A stretch of 64,000 nucleotides of DNA from Treponema sp. (lineage in GTDB: Bacteria; Spirochaetota; Spirochaetia; Treponematales; Treponemataceae): positions 2,244 through 66,243 of the forward strand of contig JAGBIY010000030.1 of NCBI GenBank assembly GCA_017934745.1, in the 5' to 3' direction. The translations under genes were made by a program, and so were the position numbers. Positions 48,539 to 57,879 of this stretch are shown here, one piece after another; position 1 is the stretch's first letter; every line of letters starts with the position of its first letter. The notes beneath the pieces are model-generated. The model ran no database searches. It was not told the DNA's origin and saw only the letters and a list, made by a program, of their open reading frames with translations.

Positions 48539-49711
48539 TCATTTGATGTTCGGATATTGGTTCAACGTTATCGAATGGGCTGGAACATCGGCAATGGCGT
48601 CCGAGATTTCGATTTTCTTTTCGAAGATGTCGGAGACGAGCCTCTTGTAGTCCTCGACGCTGAAATTCTTCATCGTCCAAGTGTCGACAGGAAGCTGGAC
48701 ATAGTTCGATTCGATGTCGGTGCCGGAAACGAGGCCGAGCGACTCGACCTTTCCTGAATATGTTTCCCAGTTTCCGTCCTTAACAGCCCCAAGAACAGAC
48801 TTGACAGTCGCGCCCAGCCCCTTCATGGCGGAAGTGACGCACATTCCCTCGCCGTATGCGTTTATCTGCGCGGTCTGGTCTGTGTCGACTCCGATTACCT
48901 TGCCGCCGCAGTCCTTGGCAGCGTCCGCCGCGCTCATCCAGATTCCGCCTCCGCAGGCGAAAACGACCTCTACGCCCCTGTTCTTGTACCAGCCGTCCAT
49001 CGAAGCCTTTATCTGCTGGTCGCCGTAGAACTGGCCTCCGTAGACGTACTCTACAGTCACCTTGTCGGCGACGCCCATCTCCTCGGCCGCCTTGTTCGCG
49101 CCCTGCACAAAGCCGAATCCATAGCGGACGACGGCAGGAACAGCCATTCCGCCGAGGAAGCCCAAATGAGTGAATCCTTCCTTCACGGCGGCGTATCCCG
49201 CCATGAATCCCGGAATCTCCTCCTTGTAGACGGCGCAGAAAACGTTCTTTGGAAGAGTCCAATCCTTCTTTCCGGCGGCTTCGGCTGCCGACATGATGTC
49301 GAATTCTCCGACATCGAGACCGATGAACGTCACGTCGTCGTTCAACTCGGCGGTCTGGACGATGGCCTCCGCGAACAAGTAGCCCGGAAGGACGAGGACG
49401 TTGTACTCGTCCTGAATCGCCGCGTTTATTGAAGCCACGCGGTCTGCTGTTGAATCGCCCGCCGGCTTGTAGTAGTTGAACTGGAGCGAGTTGGCCTCGC
49501 AGTATTCCTTGCTGGCAGTGTATGTAGTCTGGTTGAAAGACTGGTCTGTTATGTCGCCAGAATCAGTGACCATCGCGACTTTCACGACGGCCTTTTGTTC
49601 GGCGGAAGGCTCGGAAGCAACAGACGAACCCGAACTTTTCTTTTCATTGCATGACACAAAAGCGAAAGCCGCCAAAGCGACAGCCGCAATCGAAACGATG
49701 ATTTTCTTCAT
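48539..49711 (-). CDS. BMP-family (TmpC/PnrA-like) nucleoside-binding lipoprotein
   Basis: Lipobox AFVSC; DSGDITDQSFNQ, GFMAGYAA, LGGMAVPAVVRY, IGVDTDQ. Confidence 0.93.
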   Translation of the reverse strand: MKKIIVSIAAVALAAFAFVSCNEKKSSGSSVASEPSAEQKAVVKVAMVTDSGDITDQSFNQTTYTASKEYCEANSLQFNYYKPAGDSTADRVASINAAIQDEYNVLVLPGYLFAEAIVQTAELNDDVTFIGLDVGEFDIMSAAEAAGKKDWTLPKNVFCAVYKEEIPGFMAGYAAVKEGFTHLGFLGGMAVPAVVRYGFGFVQGANKAAEEMGVADKVTVEYVYGGQFYGDQQIKASMDGWYKNRGVEVVFACGGGIWMSAADAAKDCGGKVIGVDTDQTAQINAYGEGMCVTSAMKGLGATVKSVLGAVKDGNWETYSGKVESLGLVSGTDIESNYVQLPVDTWTMKNFSVEDYKRLVSDIFEKKIEISDAIADVPAHSITLNQYPNIK

Positions 49712-49726
49712 AAAAAACTCCTCTTG

Positions 49727-52700
49727 CTATTCAGCTGATTTCTCTTTCTTTTTTCCGTTTTTGTCGAACGACTTCTTGAATTCCTCGACCTTGTACTGGG
49801 AATTTTCGGCAAAAAGCGAAATCTTCTTGTACATTTTGAGGATCCTCGAAGCCTTTTTGGCTCCAGAACCGAGCATCAGAATCTCGTGCGCGATGAAAAG
49901 CGAAGACTCCATCAATTCCTTGTTGAACCACACGGTTCCGTCGTATTCGTTCGCGCCAATCAAGAGCCACGCGCATCTGTCGTCCGTCAGCGAGTCGGAA
50001 ACGAGCACGCTCGACTCAAGCTCGGTCTCCTTTGCGTTGAGTTTCGGAAGCTTTGACGAAGCAAGCGCAAATTCCCTCTGGAAGAAGTTGTAGATTGTCT
50101 TCTCCGAGACGTTCGCCGAAGTGAGAAGCTCCGAGATTTTCCTGTAGAGCGCCCACTTTGAAGCGAATCCACGGAGAGCGAATTCGGAGAGCATCGAATA
50201 GACAACCGCGAATGCGACACCTTCCTTCTGTTCGATAAAGCCGCCCGCGAGGAACGTCTTTGCGGATTTCGTGTTCACCGCTATCTTCCGCTCCACGACC
50301 GACGAATTCTTCCTGATTTCAACGGCCGCGCCGACAATCTGGGAAAGCTTCCTCCTGAACGAAGCGAACATTTTCCCCGACGACGGGAACTTCCTCGTCC
50401 GCTTCTTCTTTCCGCTTTCGGTCTCGGCTTTCGCAGTCTCCAACGCCTTCTCGTAGAAACCGACGAGCGGCTCCTCGACAATCGACGCAATCGACTTGGC
50501 GTTCGCCCGCTTCATCTTCGCCTTTCTTAGCTCTTTCGTGGTGAGGGTGAGAGAGCACACGGCATCCGCGAATTCCTTTGTGAAAATCTTCGAGAATTCA
50601 CCGTACAGCTCCTTGTAGTGGAGTTCCTGCCATGCGATTTCCAAATCCGCGATTCCTCGTCCGTCCAAGAACGAACAGAGTGTCGAGAGTTTTCCGTCCA
50701 CGTCCTGCTGCTGCCTGAATTCAAGGAGAACCTGCGTCTCGAAACCGTTCAAGCCGATGAACATTCCCTGCTCGTGTATCTGCCTGCAGTTCCTGATGAA
50801 CCAAAGCCCCGAACGCTGCTCCCTGAAAACGACATAGTAGTCGCCGTCATAGGAAAGCCCCAGCCCCTCGGCGATTGAGCGGGAGACCAGCTTCTTGTCG
50901 TTGTCGCCGGAGCCTGTCTTCACTGCGTACTCGCAAGACTGCTTTATCCAGCCGCTCGCCCTCTCGTACTTGTTGTTGTAGAAGACGACCGAATACTCGG
51001 AGCCTGCCCTGTTAGAATATGCGAAGACGTTCTCGTTCACGACTCCGTTGTTCCACACATCGTAGAAGAGGAAGTCCTCCACGCCGGAGAAGAGATAGCG
51101 TTTGTGCAGGAGCGGGAAAATCTCCCTCCTGTGCCTGTCCATGAGGTAGCCGTCCGGGGTTTCGTCCCTGTACGCCCTCGTGTACTCCATTCCGTACTTC
51201 TCCTCGAAGCCCTCGAGCTGGCCGTGTCCGAACATCGGAAGGCCCGGCATCGTGTACATGAGCGTGCAGACGCCGAAATACTTGTCTCCCTTTCCGAACT
51301 GCGCCACGGCGGTCTCCTCGTCCGGGTTGTTCATGAAGTTCACATACCGTTTGAGAACCTGTGGGTCGAACTGTATCGTGTTCTTCACAGTCGCCCTGTA
51401 CTTGAAGTTCTCCTCTTTCTTGAGCATGTTCATGAAGGCGGAGTTGTAGACGCGGTGCATTCCCAATGTGCGCGTGAAGTAGCCTTCCATCATCCAGAAA
51501 GCCTCGGCGAGAAGGAGCGTGTCAGGCACTTCCTTCGCGACCCTGTCCACGACCTCGCGCCAGAACTCCTGCGGAATCGCCTCGTCGAACTGCCGCGCGC
51601 TCAACGCGAACTCGCTTCTCGTCGCGATGTCTCCGCCCTTGCCGGGTTCAGGGTACCAGAGACGCTTTATGTGCTTCTTGGCCAAAACCATCGCCGCGTC
51701 GAACCTGATGATTGGGAAGTTCCTGGCCACATGGAGAATCTTCTGCATGACCTCCTCCCTCGCCTGCGGGTTCAAGAAGTCGATTTGGGCGGTGTCGTTC
51801 CACGGCATTCCGGTTCCGTCGTTTCCGTGGTAGATGTAGCGGGTGTCGCCCGTCTGCGTGTCCACGCGCTTGAAGACTACGGCGCAGTCCTCTTTAGAAT
51901 AGTAGTGGTCCTCAAGATAGATTGCGACACGGGAATCGTGGCTCAGGTTCACTCCGTTGAACGTGTACTGCGGGAACGGATTGTCGCGCCTCTGCACGAA
52001 AAGGTCAGGCTTCTCCACGACCCATTTCGCGTCCATTCCCGTGTGGTTCGGCACCATGTCCGAAGCGAGGCGGATGCCCCTCTGCCAGAGCCTTGTCCGA
52101 AGGTTCTCAAGCGACCTCCAGCCTCCAAGGTTCTCCGCGATTTCGTAGTCTTCGAGGGAGTACGCGCTCGCCGCCGCCTCCGGGTTTCCGCAAATCTGCT
52201 TTATGCGCTGGCTTGCGCTTGAACGTTCCCAAAGCCCGATGAGCCACAACGCCGTGAAGCCCTCGTCGCGGAGGATGTCCAATTCCTCGTCGGGAATCTG
52301 GTCGAGCCTATGGATGTCCCTGTCGTATTTCTTTGAAAGCTGGTAAAGCCAGACGAGGACGGTCTTCGCCATCAAGACGACTTTCGGCATCCAGTCCGAG
52401 TCGGCGGAGAAACGCTCGTACTCGCGCATGAGATAGTCGTAGTTCGGAGGCGACATGTCTGGACTGCCGCCGTTCGTCGGATGCCACTCGGGCTTCCACT
52501 CCTCGCTCAGGATGTCGATTCCTCCAAAGAGGCGGCGGAGCCAGTAGTCCTCGCCTTCGCCCTCGCCCGGAAGGAAAAGCTCCGCCCAGTGGACGCGCAC
52601 ATAGTCTAGCTGCTGCTGCAGGTTGTCCGGAGCGAAGAGGATAGGCTCCCGCAGGAACGAAATCAAGTCGTGGCCGAAAGTTCCGAAATACGGAAGTTTC

Positions 52701-53293
52701 TTGAAGAACGCCTGAATCTGCTTCCACGCCTTGTTGTACGTCTCGTTCTCCTTCAAATTCGATTCGTCGAATAGGATTCCGAAAGGCTTGAACGCCGGGT
52801 TCTCGTTCGCGATGTGGAGCATCACCATCTCTTCGAGGGTCTGTTCACGGTTCGTCCTGACGCGGCCGGTCTTCCGCTCCGTCATCTCCGTGTTCAAATA
52901 TTCCTCAATCGAGCACTCGCCCTTGTAGACGCAGGTCGGGGGGAATTCCGAGCAGAACTGAAAAAGCATCTTCTCTATTTCCGCCTCGCCCAAGGAAGCC
53001 TTCAAATCGGAAAGCAGCTCCTTGAAAGCGTTCGGATATTTCTGTCTTCTGTAGACGTAGCAGGCGAGGTGGAAAATCTCGTCCAAAAGCCCCATCGCGT
53101 TGAGTGTGCCGGCCGAAACCTGTGTCTTGTTCTGACTGACGAGATACTTGTTGAATTTCACAGCGAACGCGCGCACAGCACCGATGTTCGCCAAAATCAC
53201 GTTTCCGCTCGACTGGTAAAGCTCGGACGAAAAGCCGCAGGCGTCGCGCACGGACGCGGAAATGTGGAATTCATTGTAAGAATACTTTTTCAT
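49727..53293 (-). CDS. Large GH13 alpha-amylase-family protein
   Basis: ASDMVPNH, IRFDAAM, LLAEAFW, NNPDEE catalytic regions; adjacent to malQ. Confidence 0.88.
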   Translation of the reverse strand: MKKYSYNEFHISASVRDACGFSSELYQSSGNVILANIGAVRAFAVKFNKYLVSQNKTQVSAGTLNAMGLLDEIFHLACYVYRRQKYPNAFKELLSDLKASLGEAEIEKMLFQFCSEFPPTCVYKGECSIEEYLNTEMTERKTGRVRTNREQTLEEMVMLHIANENPAFKPFGILFDESNLKENETYNKAWKQIQAFFKKLPYFGTFGHDLISFLREPILFAPDNLQQQLDYVRVHWAELFLPGEGEGEDYWLRRLFGGIDILSEEWKPEWHPTNGGSPDMSPPNYDYLMREYERFSADSDWMPKVVLMAKTVLVWLYQLSKKYDRDIHRLDQIPDEELDILRDEGFTALWLIGLWERSSASQRIKQICGNPEAAASAYSLEDYEIAENLGGWRSLENLRTRLWQRGIRLASDMVPNHTGMDAKWVVEKPDLFVQRRDNPFPQYTFNGVNLSHDSRVAIYLEDHYYSKEDCAVVFKRVDTQTGDTRYIYHGNDGTGMPWNDTAQIDFLNPQAREEVMQKILHVARNFPIIRFDAAMVLAKKHIKRLWYPEPGKGGDIATRSEFALSARQFDEAIPQEFWREVVDRVAKEVPDTLLLAEAFWMMEGYFTRTLGMHRVYNSAFMNMLKKEENFKYRATVKNTIQFDPQVLKRYVNFMNNPDEETAVAQFGKGDKYFGVCTLMYTMPGLPMFGHGQLEGFEEKYGMEYTRAYRDETPDGYLMDRHRREIFPLLHKRYLFSGVEDFLFYDVWNNGVVNENVFAYSNRAGSEYSVVFYNNKYERASGWIKQSCEYAVKTGSGDNDKKLVSRSIAEGLGLSYDGDYYVVFREQRSGLWFIRNCRQIHEQGMFIGLNGFETQVLLEFRQQQDVDGKLSTLCSFLDGRGIADLEIAWQELHYKELYGEFSKIFTKEFADAVCSLTLTTKELRKAKMKRANAKSIASIVEEPLVGFYEKALETAKAETESGKKKRTRKFPSSGKMFASFRRKLSQIVGAAVEIRKNSSVVERKIAVNTKSAKTFLAGGFIEQKEGVAFAVVYSMLSEFALRGFASKWALYRKISELLTSANVSEKTIYNFFQREFALASSKLPKLNAKETELESSVLVSDSLTDDRCAWLLIGANEYDGTVWFNKELMESSLFIAHEILMLGSGAKKASRILKMYKKISLFAENSQYKVEEFKKSFDKNGKKKEKSAE

Positions 53294-53314
53294 ATTTTTC
53301 CTCTCTTTTATTCG

Positions 53315-55393
53315 TCATTGTTCGTCATGGATTCTCACGATTCTGTTTATTTTCTCAAGCAGCTCTCCGTTTCCGCTCAAATTCTCCACGGTTGTCGGCA
53401 TTCTCCAAGTCCAGTTGAATTCGGAGACAGTGCCCGGAATGTTTATCCTCTCGTCCTCCGCCCTCTCAAGGTAGAGAGAGCCGTCGAGATAGAGCCAGTC
53501 CTGCAGCGGGTTCACGAACCACACTCCGCTCGTCAAAGCGCAGTTCGAAAGGACGAAATCGGCCACGGCGGGGTCGAATCTCCTGCCCCAGATGGCGGCG
53601 TCCTGCTCCTCCACAGCGCACGCGCTCCCTCCGCTGCGCTTCGCCTTTCTCCGCTCGATTATCGACTGGCAGAACGCCTTCGTGGAATCCTTTTCGGAGT
53701 TCCACCATTCGCGAATCGTGGAAGAATCGTGGACGCTCGTCGTGACAAGGCTCAAGTCCCTGTACGAGCCGAAATCGAAGAACGGCTGCCCCTCGGAAGC
53801 CCAGTCCCTGCACCATCGGACGACCTTCAGCCCGAGTATTCCGAATTCGTCGAGGACACTCTGCATGCATCCTATGGAAACGCCAAGGTCCTCTCCGCAA
53901 GGAACCATGCCTGTGGCCGGTATTATCGAAGAGAAGATTTTCTCCGCCTGCCTCTTCCACTTGAGTTCCTGCTTCTTTCCGCTCTTGTCGAAAGCCGAGA
54001 GAAGCGCGTCCCTCTCGGTCTGGCTGAGGGTGCCCCACGCCCGCGTCTCACCGAATTTGAAATTCGGAACGAGCTGCCCCTTTTTCACTTCGATGAGAGT
54101 CCTGTTCTTCCACCACCGGCAGAAAAGGCACCTGATGTCGTCCTGCAGAGCCTCGTCAAGCTCGAAGCCTTCGAGGGACACTTTCTTCAGGTCGGAAGTC
54201 GACTTGAACGAGCGTTTGAACAGCCAAAGCTCCTCGCGCCCGATTCTTTCGCAGAACAACGAGAGAATCGCGTAGGCCTTGTCAAGGTCGCCAGTCTTCT
54301 TGAAAATCATCTCCGTGGCGATGTGTGGCTCCTTCAGCCACCTTATGCGCTCTTTAGAGAAACCGAGCGTCTCAAGTGACTTCTCGGAAATCGGGGAGCA
54401 CGGAACCTGCCAGCCAAGCTCAGCCGTCTCCTCGCCTTCGTTGACAGCCCAAAAACGGAAGAAACCGGGAATGTGGTCGAGCCGGTACGCGCCGAAATAT
54501 TCGCCCGCGCTCTTGAGCCTGTCCCGCCACCAGCTGAATCCGTTTTCCTCCTGCGACTCCCAGTCATAGACGGGGAAGCCCCAGTTCTGTCCTGTCGGAT
54601 TGTCGCCGTCGGGGGGAGAGCCAGCCCGCATCTTCATGTTGAAAAGCCCCGGATTTCCCCAGACATCGCACGAGTCCTCGTTCAAAAGAATCGGAATGTC
54701 GCCCTTGAGCGTCAATCCCAGTGAACGGACGTACTCGGCCGAGTCCAAAAGCTCCTTCCTCGCGACGAACTGCTGCCACGCGTAGTACCTGTGCTTGTGC
54801 ACGAGGCTTTCATCGTTCCACCGTCTGAGGATTTCCTCCTCGGTAAGGTTCTTGTCCTCTTCCGCCCAGTTTTTCCAGCCCGCCTGCATGTATTTGTATT
54901 TCAGATGCTTGAACACGCAATATGGCTTCATCCATTTGCCGTTGCGCTCTATGAAATCGAAAAAGTCGTCCCTGCACTTGCTTACGGTCTCGTTCTCCAC
55001 GTTCCGCATAGTCCTGAAGAGTTTCCTGAGAAGGGCTTCCTTCAAGTCGAGGATTCTCCGGTAGTCGAATCTAGTGTCGTCGGAAAGCGAGAGAAGCTCG
55101 TCGTACATCTTTTTGAATTCCGCGTCGCTCGAATAGCATTTGTCGAACATCGGAATCGTAGGAAGGTTTATGTAGATTGGATGGAGGGCGAACGCGCTCA
55201 ACGAACTGTAGGGGGAACTCTGAGTTCCCGTGTCCAGGACCGGAAGGAGCTGGATCACGGAAAGTCCCGAATTCTTGCAGAACAGAGCGAACCGCTTCAA
55301 AGAAGTGTATTCACCGATGAAAGGAGAGTTTTCAGTTCTCAACGCGCCCAAAGGGACAGCTACACCAGTAGACTTTTTGATTTTCTTTTCCAT
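53315..55393 (-). CDS. malQ: 4-alpha-glucanotransferase (GH77)
   Basis: IQLLPV, SPYSSLSAFALHP, KGDIP, GSPPD, YRLDH, CGEDLG, SVHD, ERINIPG. Confidence 0.95.
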   Translation of the reverse strand: MEKKIKKSTGVAVPLGALRTENSPFIGEYTSLKRFALFCKNSGLSVIQLLPVLDTGTQSSPYSSLSAFALHPIYINLPTIPMFDKCYSSDAEFKKMYDELLSLSDDTRFDYRRILDLKEALLRKLFRTMRNVENETVSKCRDDFFDFIERNGKWMKPYCVFKHLKYKYMQAGWKNWAEEDKNLTEEEILRRWNDESLVHKHRYYAWQQFVARKELLDSAEYVRSLGLTLKGDIPILLNEDSCDVWGNPGLFNMKMRAGSPPDGDNPTGQNWGFPVYDWESQEENGFSWWRDRLKSAGEYFGAYRLDHIPGFFRFWAVNEGEETAELGWQVPCSPISEKSLETLGFSKERIRWLKEPHIATEMIFKKTGDLDKAYAILSLFCERIGREELWLFKRSFKSTSDLKKVSLEGFELDEALQDDIRCLFCRWWKNRTLIEVKKGQLVPNFKFGETRAWGTLSQTERDALLSAFDKSGKKQELKWKRQAEKIFSSIIPATGMVPCGEDLGVSIGCMQSVLDEFGILGLKVVRWCRDWASEGQPFFDFGSYRDLSLVTTSVHDSSTIREWWNSEKDSTKAFCQSIIERRKAKRSGGSACAVEEQDAAIWGRRFDPAVADFVLSNCALTSGVWFVNPLQDWLYLDGSLYLERAEDERINIPGTVSEFNWTWRMPTTVENLSGNGELLEKINRIVRIHDEQ

Positions 55394-55463
55394 GGTCTTA
55401 CATTATAACATGGAAATCACCACAGCGCAGAAAAAAAGCCCACTTCAAGACAGCGGAAGAAGC

Positions 55464-56081
55464 CTATTCGTACCTCTTTATCCACTCGGAATGGAGCCTG
55501 TCGTACTCGGTCCCGAATTTTGCGTAGTCGTTGCCGAACGCGCACTCGCGCTTTTTTGTGAGCCAGTAGACAGAGAACGAGGTCTTGTCTATGTCGATTT
55601 TGTCCTTGAATTCAATTCTTGAAGAAGAAACGTCGAACGCATAGTCGACACCCGCTTTCAGCAGTTTTCCCTCCAGAAGCACAAGCGGGTCTGGACAAGT
55701 GTTTCCGTGAAGGACGAAAACGGGAGGGTTCTGGTAGACGCCCCTTATGTGGAACGCATTGTTCGGGGATTTGTCCGCGTCGCTCTTGAGTTTGATCTCG
55801 CACGTTGTCTCGTCATACTCGAAAGCCGACGAGTCTATGCGCTCGCCTCCGGTCTTGGAAAGCTTCTCGAACACGGAAAATCCGTCCGGGCCGTCCATCG
55901 CCATCTTCCCGACGGACTGTATTTCGGAAAACACGCACGTCGTGAATATCCCGCCGTCCTCCGACCATGTGGTGTTGACGAATGTGGTCTCTGGAGTGTC
56001 GACAATCTCCGCCTTCGTCGTCCCGCAGGAGAAGCACACCAATGAAAAAATCACCGAATAAATAAAAATTTTTGCACGCAT
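55464..56081 (-). CDS. Lipoprotein of unknown function
   Basis: MRAKIFIYSVIFSLVCFSC lipobox; TATAAT-N7-ATG. Confidence 0.75.
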   Translation of the reverse strand: MRAKIFIYSVIFSLVCFSCGTTKAEIVDTPETTFVNTTWSEDGGIFTTCVFSEIQSVGKMAMDGPDGFSVFEKLSKTGGERIDSSAFEYDETTCEIKLKSDADKSPNNAFHIRGVYQNPPVFVLHGNTCPDPLVLLEGKLLKAGVDYAFDVSSSRIEFKDKIDIDKTSFSVYWLTKKRECAFGNDYAKFGTEYDRLHSEWIKRYE

Positions 56082-56167
56082 ACGGAACATTATAACGAAA
56101 TGCGCTCAGGTCTTGCACGGGAACACGCGAAAAGTCCAACGGGGAAGCAAAACGGCAAAAAAAGTAA

Positions 56168-56397
56168 AAAGAAGAATTCGCCTTGGAAATCACATTTTCG
56201 GGCAATAGGGTTTACAGTTTCCGCGAAGCAAAGACGCACTACCTTGCTTGCCTTTCATAAGACCTGCCTTGCACAGCGACCACTAGGGTGCTACTGCGCG
56301 GTTATTTACGGTTGCTTTCTTTCGACCGCCTAAGCGGTCTCTTTAAAGCAACCGTTTTTTTTGCTTAGTTAGAACTGGAACGCACAACACGGAAACC
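56168..56397 (-). repeat. Conserved 3' module of FGE gene 1 (copy 2 at 59595..59809)
   Basis: 72-bp block 56326..56397 matches 59739..59809 except for one T; further conserved blocks extend to 56168. Confidence 0.9.
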
Positions 56398-56505
56398 AAG
56401 GAAGTCGAAGCGGCGGTACGGGCTGCCGCAGCTCCGGAGAGACACGGCGCAGTCGCCCGCACCGCCGCTCCAGGAACCGCCGCGCCCGACGCGGACAGAG
56501 CCGGA
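56365..56505 (-). other. Candidate DGR variable repeat VR1
   Basis: Against VR2, 15 of 17 non-synonymous codon pairs keep the same third base (14 NNC, 1 NNT) between invariant codons. Confidence 0.75.
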
Positions 56506-57591
56506 AGCGGCACCGGCGGCGGCAGTGGAATCTGAAATTGTTCCAGACCAGTCCCAGCACAATTCCCATACGTTTCCGCTCATGTCGTAAATGCCCAGGG
56601 CATTTGCACTATCTGTGCCAGTAACTTTATCTGTTTTTACTTCGTGTGTTCCGTAATCTGGGTCACTACTTCCTTTGTTATAGGAATTTTCTCTATACCA
56701 TGCAACATCACCTATAGTATCGCTTCCGCTGTAAGTTGTGGTAGAATTGCCGGCTTCCCTTGCTATGTATTCCCATTCTGCTTCTGTTGGCAGGCGGTAG
56801 CCGTTGGCAGAGGTGTTCATTATTATTCCGCCGTCTTCGTCACTTTCGCCCTTATAGTCCCATGCAGAACTTGTGATTGAAGGCCCGCAGTATTTTGTTT
56901 CTGCATCTCCTACAATACCGCTCCATTTTGCAGGGTCTGTTTCACCTCCCAGTGAATATACCGGGGTCAATCCTTCGTCAATAGAACGCAGGTTACAGTA
57001 GACCACAGCATCATACCAGTTTACATAATAGGCAGGGTAATTGTCGCCAAGTCCGCGGGTATCATCAGGACTTTCTGAACCATACTTGCAGTATTTTTCG
57101 TATTCAGATTGGGTAACTTCGTGGTCGCTAACATACAGGTCATCTATGGTAAGGCTCCTTCCGCTTACAAACACCTTTGATGAAGGGGTCCAGCTTTCAT
57201 CACCTTTTATTGTGGTGCCGGTAACTTTTACAAAGTCCTTAACAGTTAACCACTTTACCTTAAGCGTAACATCTTCTTCAATTGCCGCGGCAAAATCAAA
57301 GGCCGAATCGCCATTGTACCAGCCGTTAAATGAATAGCCTGTCTTTGTTGGGTTTGTTGGCTTTGTGGCGGTCTTACCACTTTCCACTGTTTGGCTTGCG
57401 ACTTCGCTTCCGCCGTCGCTGTCGAAGGTCACAGTGTAAGTCGCTACAGCTACGTTTTCTGAACTTTCAGTGGTTACAGCTGTGGTCCCTGAATTTCCTT
57501 CGGAATCACTGCTTCCTGATGAGCAGGAAACAAAGCTCGCAGTCAGTGCCGCGCACAAAGTAAGCGCGAAAGCCCCAAAGAATCTTCACAT
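56365..57591 (-). CDS. FGE-sulfatase (C-type lectin fold) lipoprotein with InlB B-repeat; candidate DGR target; in-frame TGA at codon 2
   Basis: Lipobox SFVSC, YTVTFDSDGGS...KTGYSFNGWY repeat, DHEVTQ, YRLPTEAEWEY, YDMSGNVWE, RGGSW, GFRVVR. SD-led ATG at 57591 is followed by TGA; the remaining frame is intact. Confidence 0.85.
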
Positions 57592-57622
57592 TTTTTCTTC
57601 TCCTGTTTATTTATCCAAACGC

Positions 57623-57673
57623 AAAAAGGCACCGCACCCACGCAAAAATGTTCTTGCATGGGCCGGTGCCCTT
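57623..57673 (-). terminator. Terminator-like hairpin in the leader of FGE gene 1
   Basis: GGCACCGGCCCATGCAA...TTGCGTGGGTGCGGTGCC plus TTTTT, ending ~35 nt before the ATG. Confidence 0.6.
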
Positions 57674-57801
57674 CTGTTTCTGTGCTGAACTGAACTGAGA
57701 TAGCGATTCGTCATGAGACTGTCAATAGTTTTTCCGAAATTTCCCCGCATTTTTTTCGCCCGCTCCGCAGTTAAGATTGCTTTCATTAAAAACAATATAA
57801 C

Positions 57802-57850
57802 AAACGCAAGCGGTTTTGCAACAGGGGAATCTGGAAGCTAGGCAATTCTC
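57802..57850. repeat. 49-bp repeat upstream of FGE gene 1 (copy at 61293..61341)
   Basis: 47/49 identical; on the minus strand this copy gives TTGCAA-N16-TATATT. Confidence 0.85.
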
Positions 57851-57879
57851 GCGCATTTGGCTGCTGGGAACCGTGCCAC

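Noticed and set aside
3159-54379. Many long antisense or alternate-frame ORFs (e.g. 3341..4666, 5961..7787, 39072..40475, 42719..44131, 47077..48435, 51104..52222, 52814..54379)
   Set aside because: They lie wholly over well-supported genes, lack motifs and RBSs, and are expected from the strong third-position bias.
56168-56325. Cobalamin riboswitch or group II intron domain in the 3' module (AACTGTAA motif)
   Set aside because: The other conserved elements of those RNAs are missing and the position is downstream of a gene.
57586-57588. TGA recoding (alternative genetic code or selenocysteine)
   Set aside because: TGA terminates conserved genes in this window (rimO, pcrA, clpP), and position 2 of a signal peptide is not a plausible Sec site.
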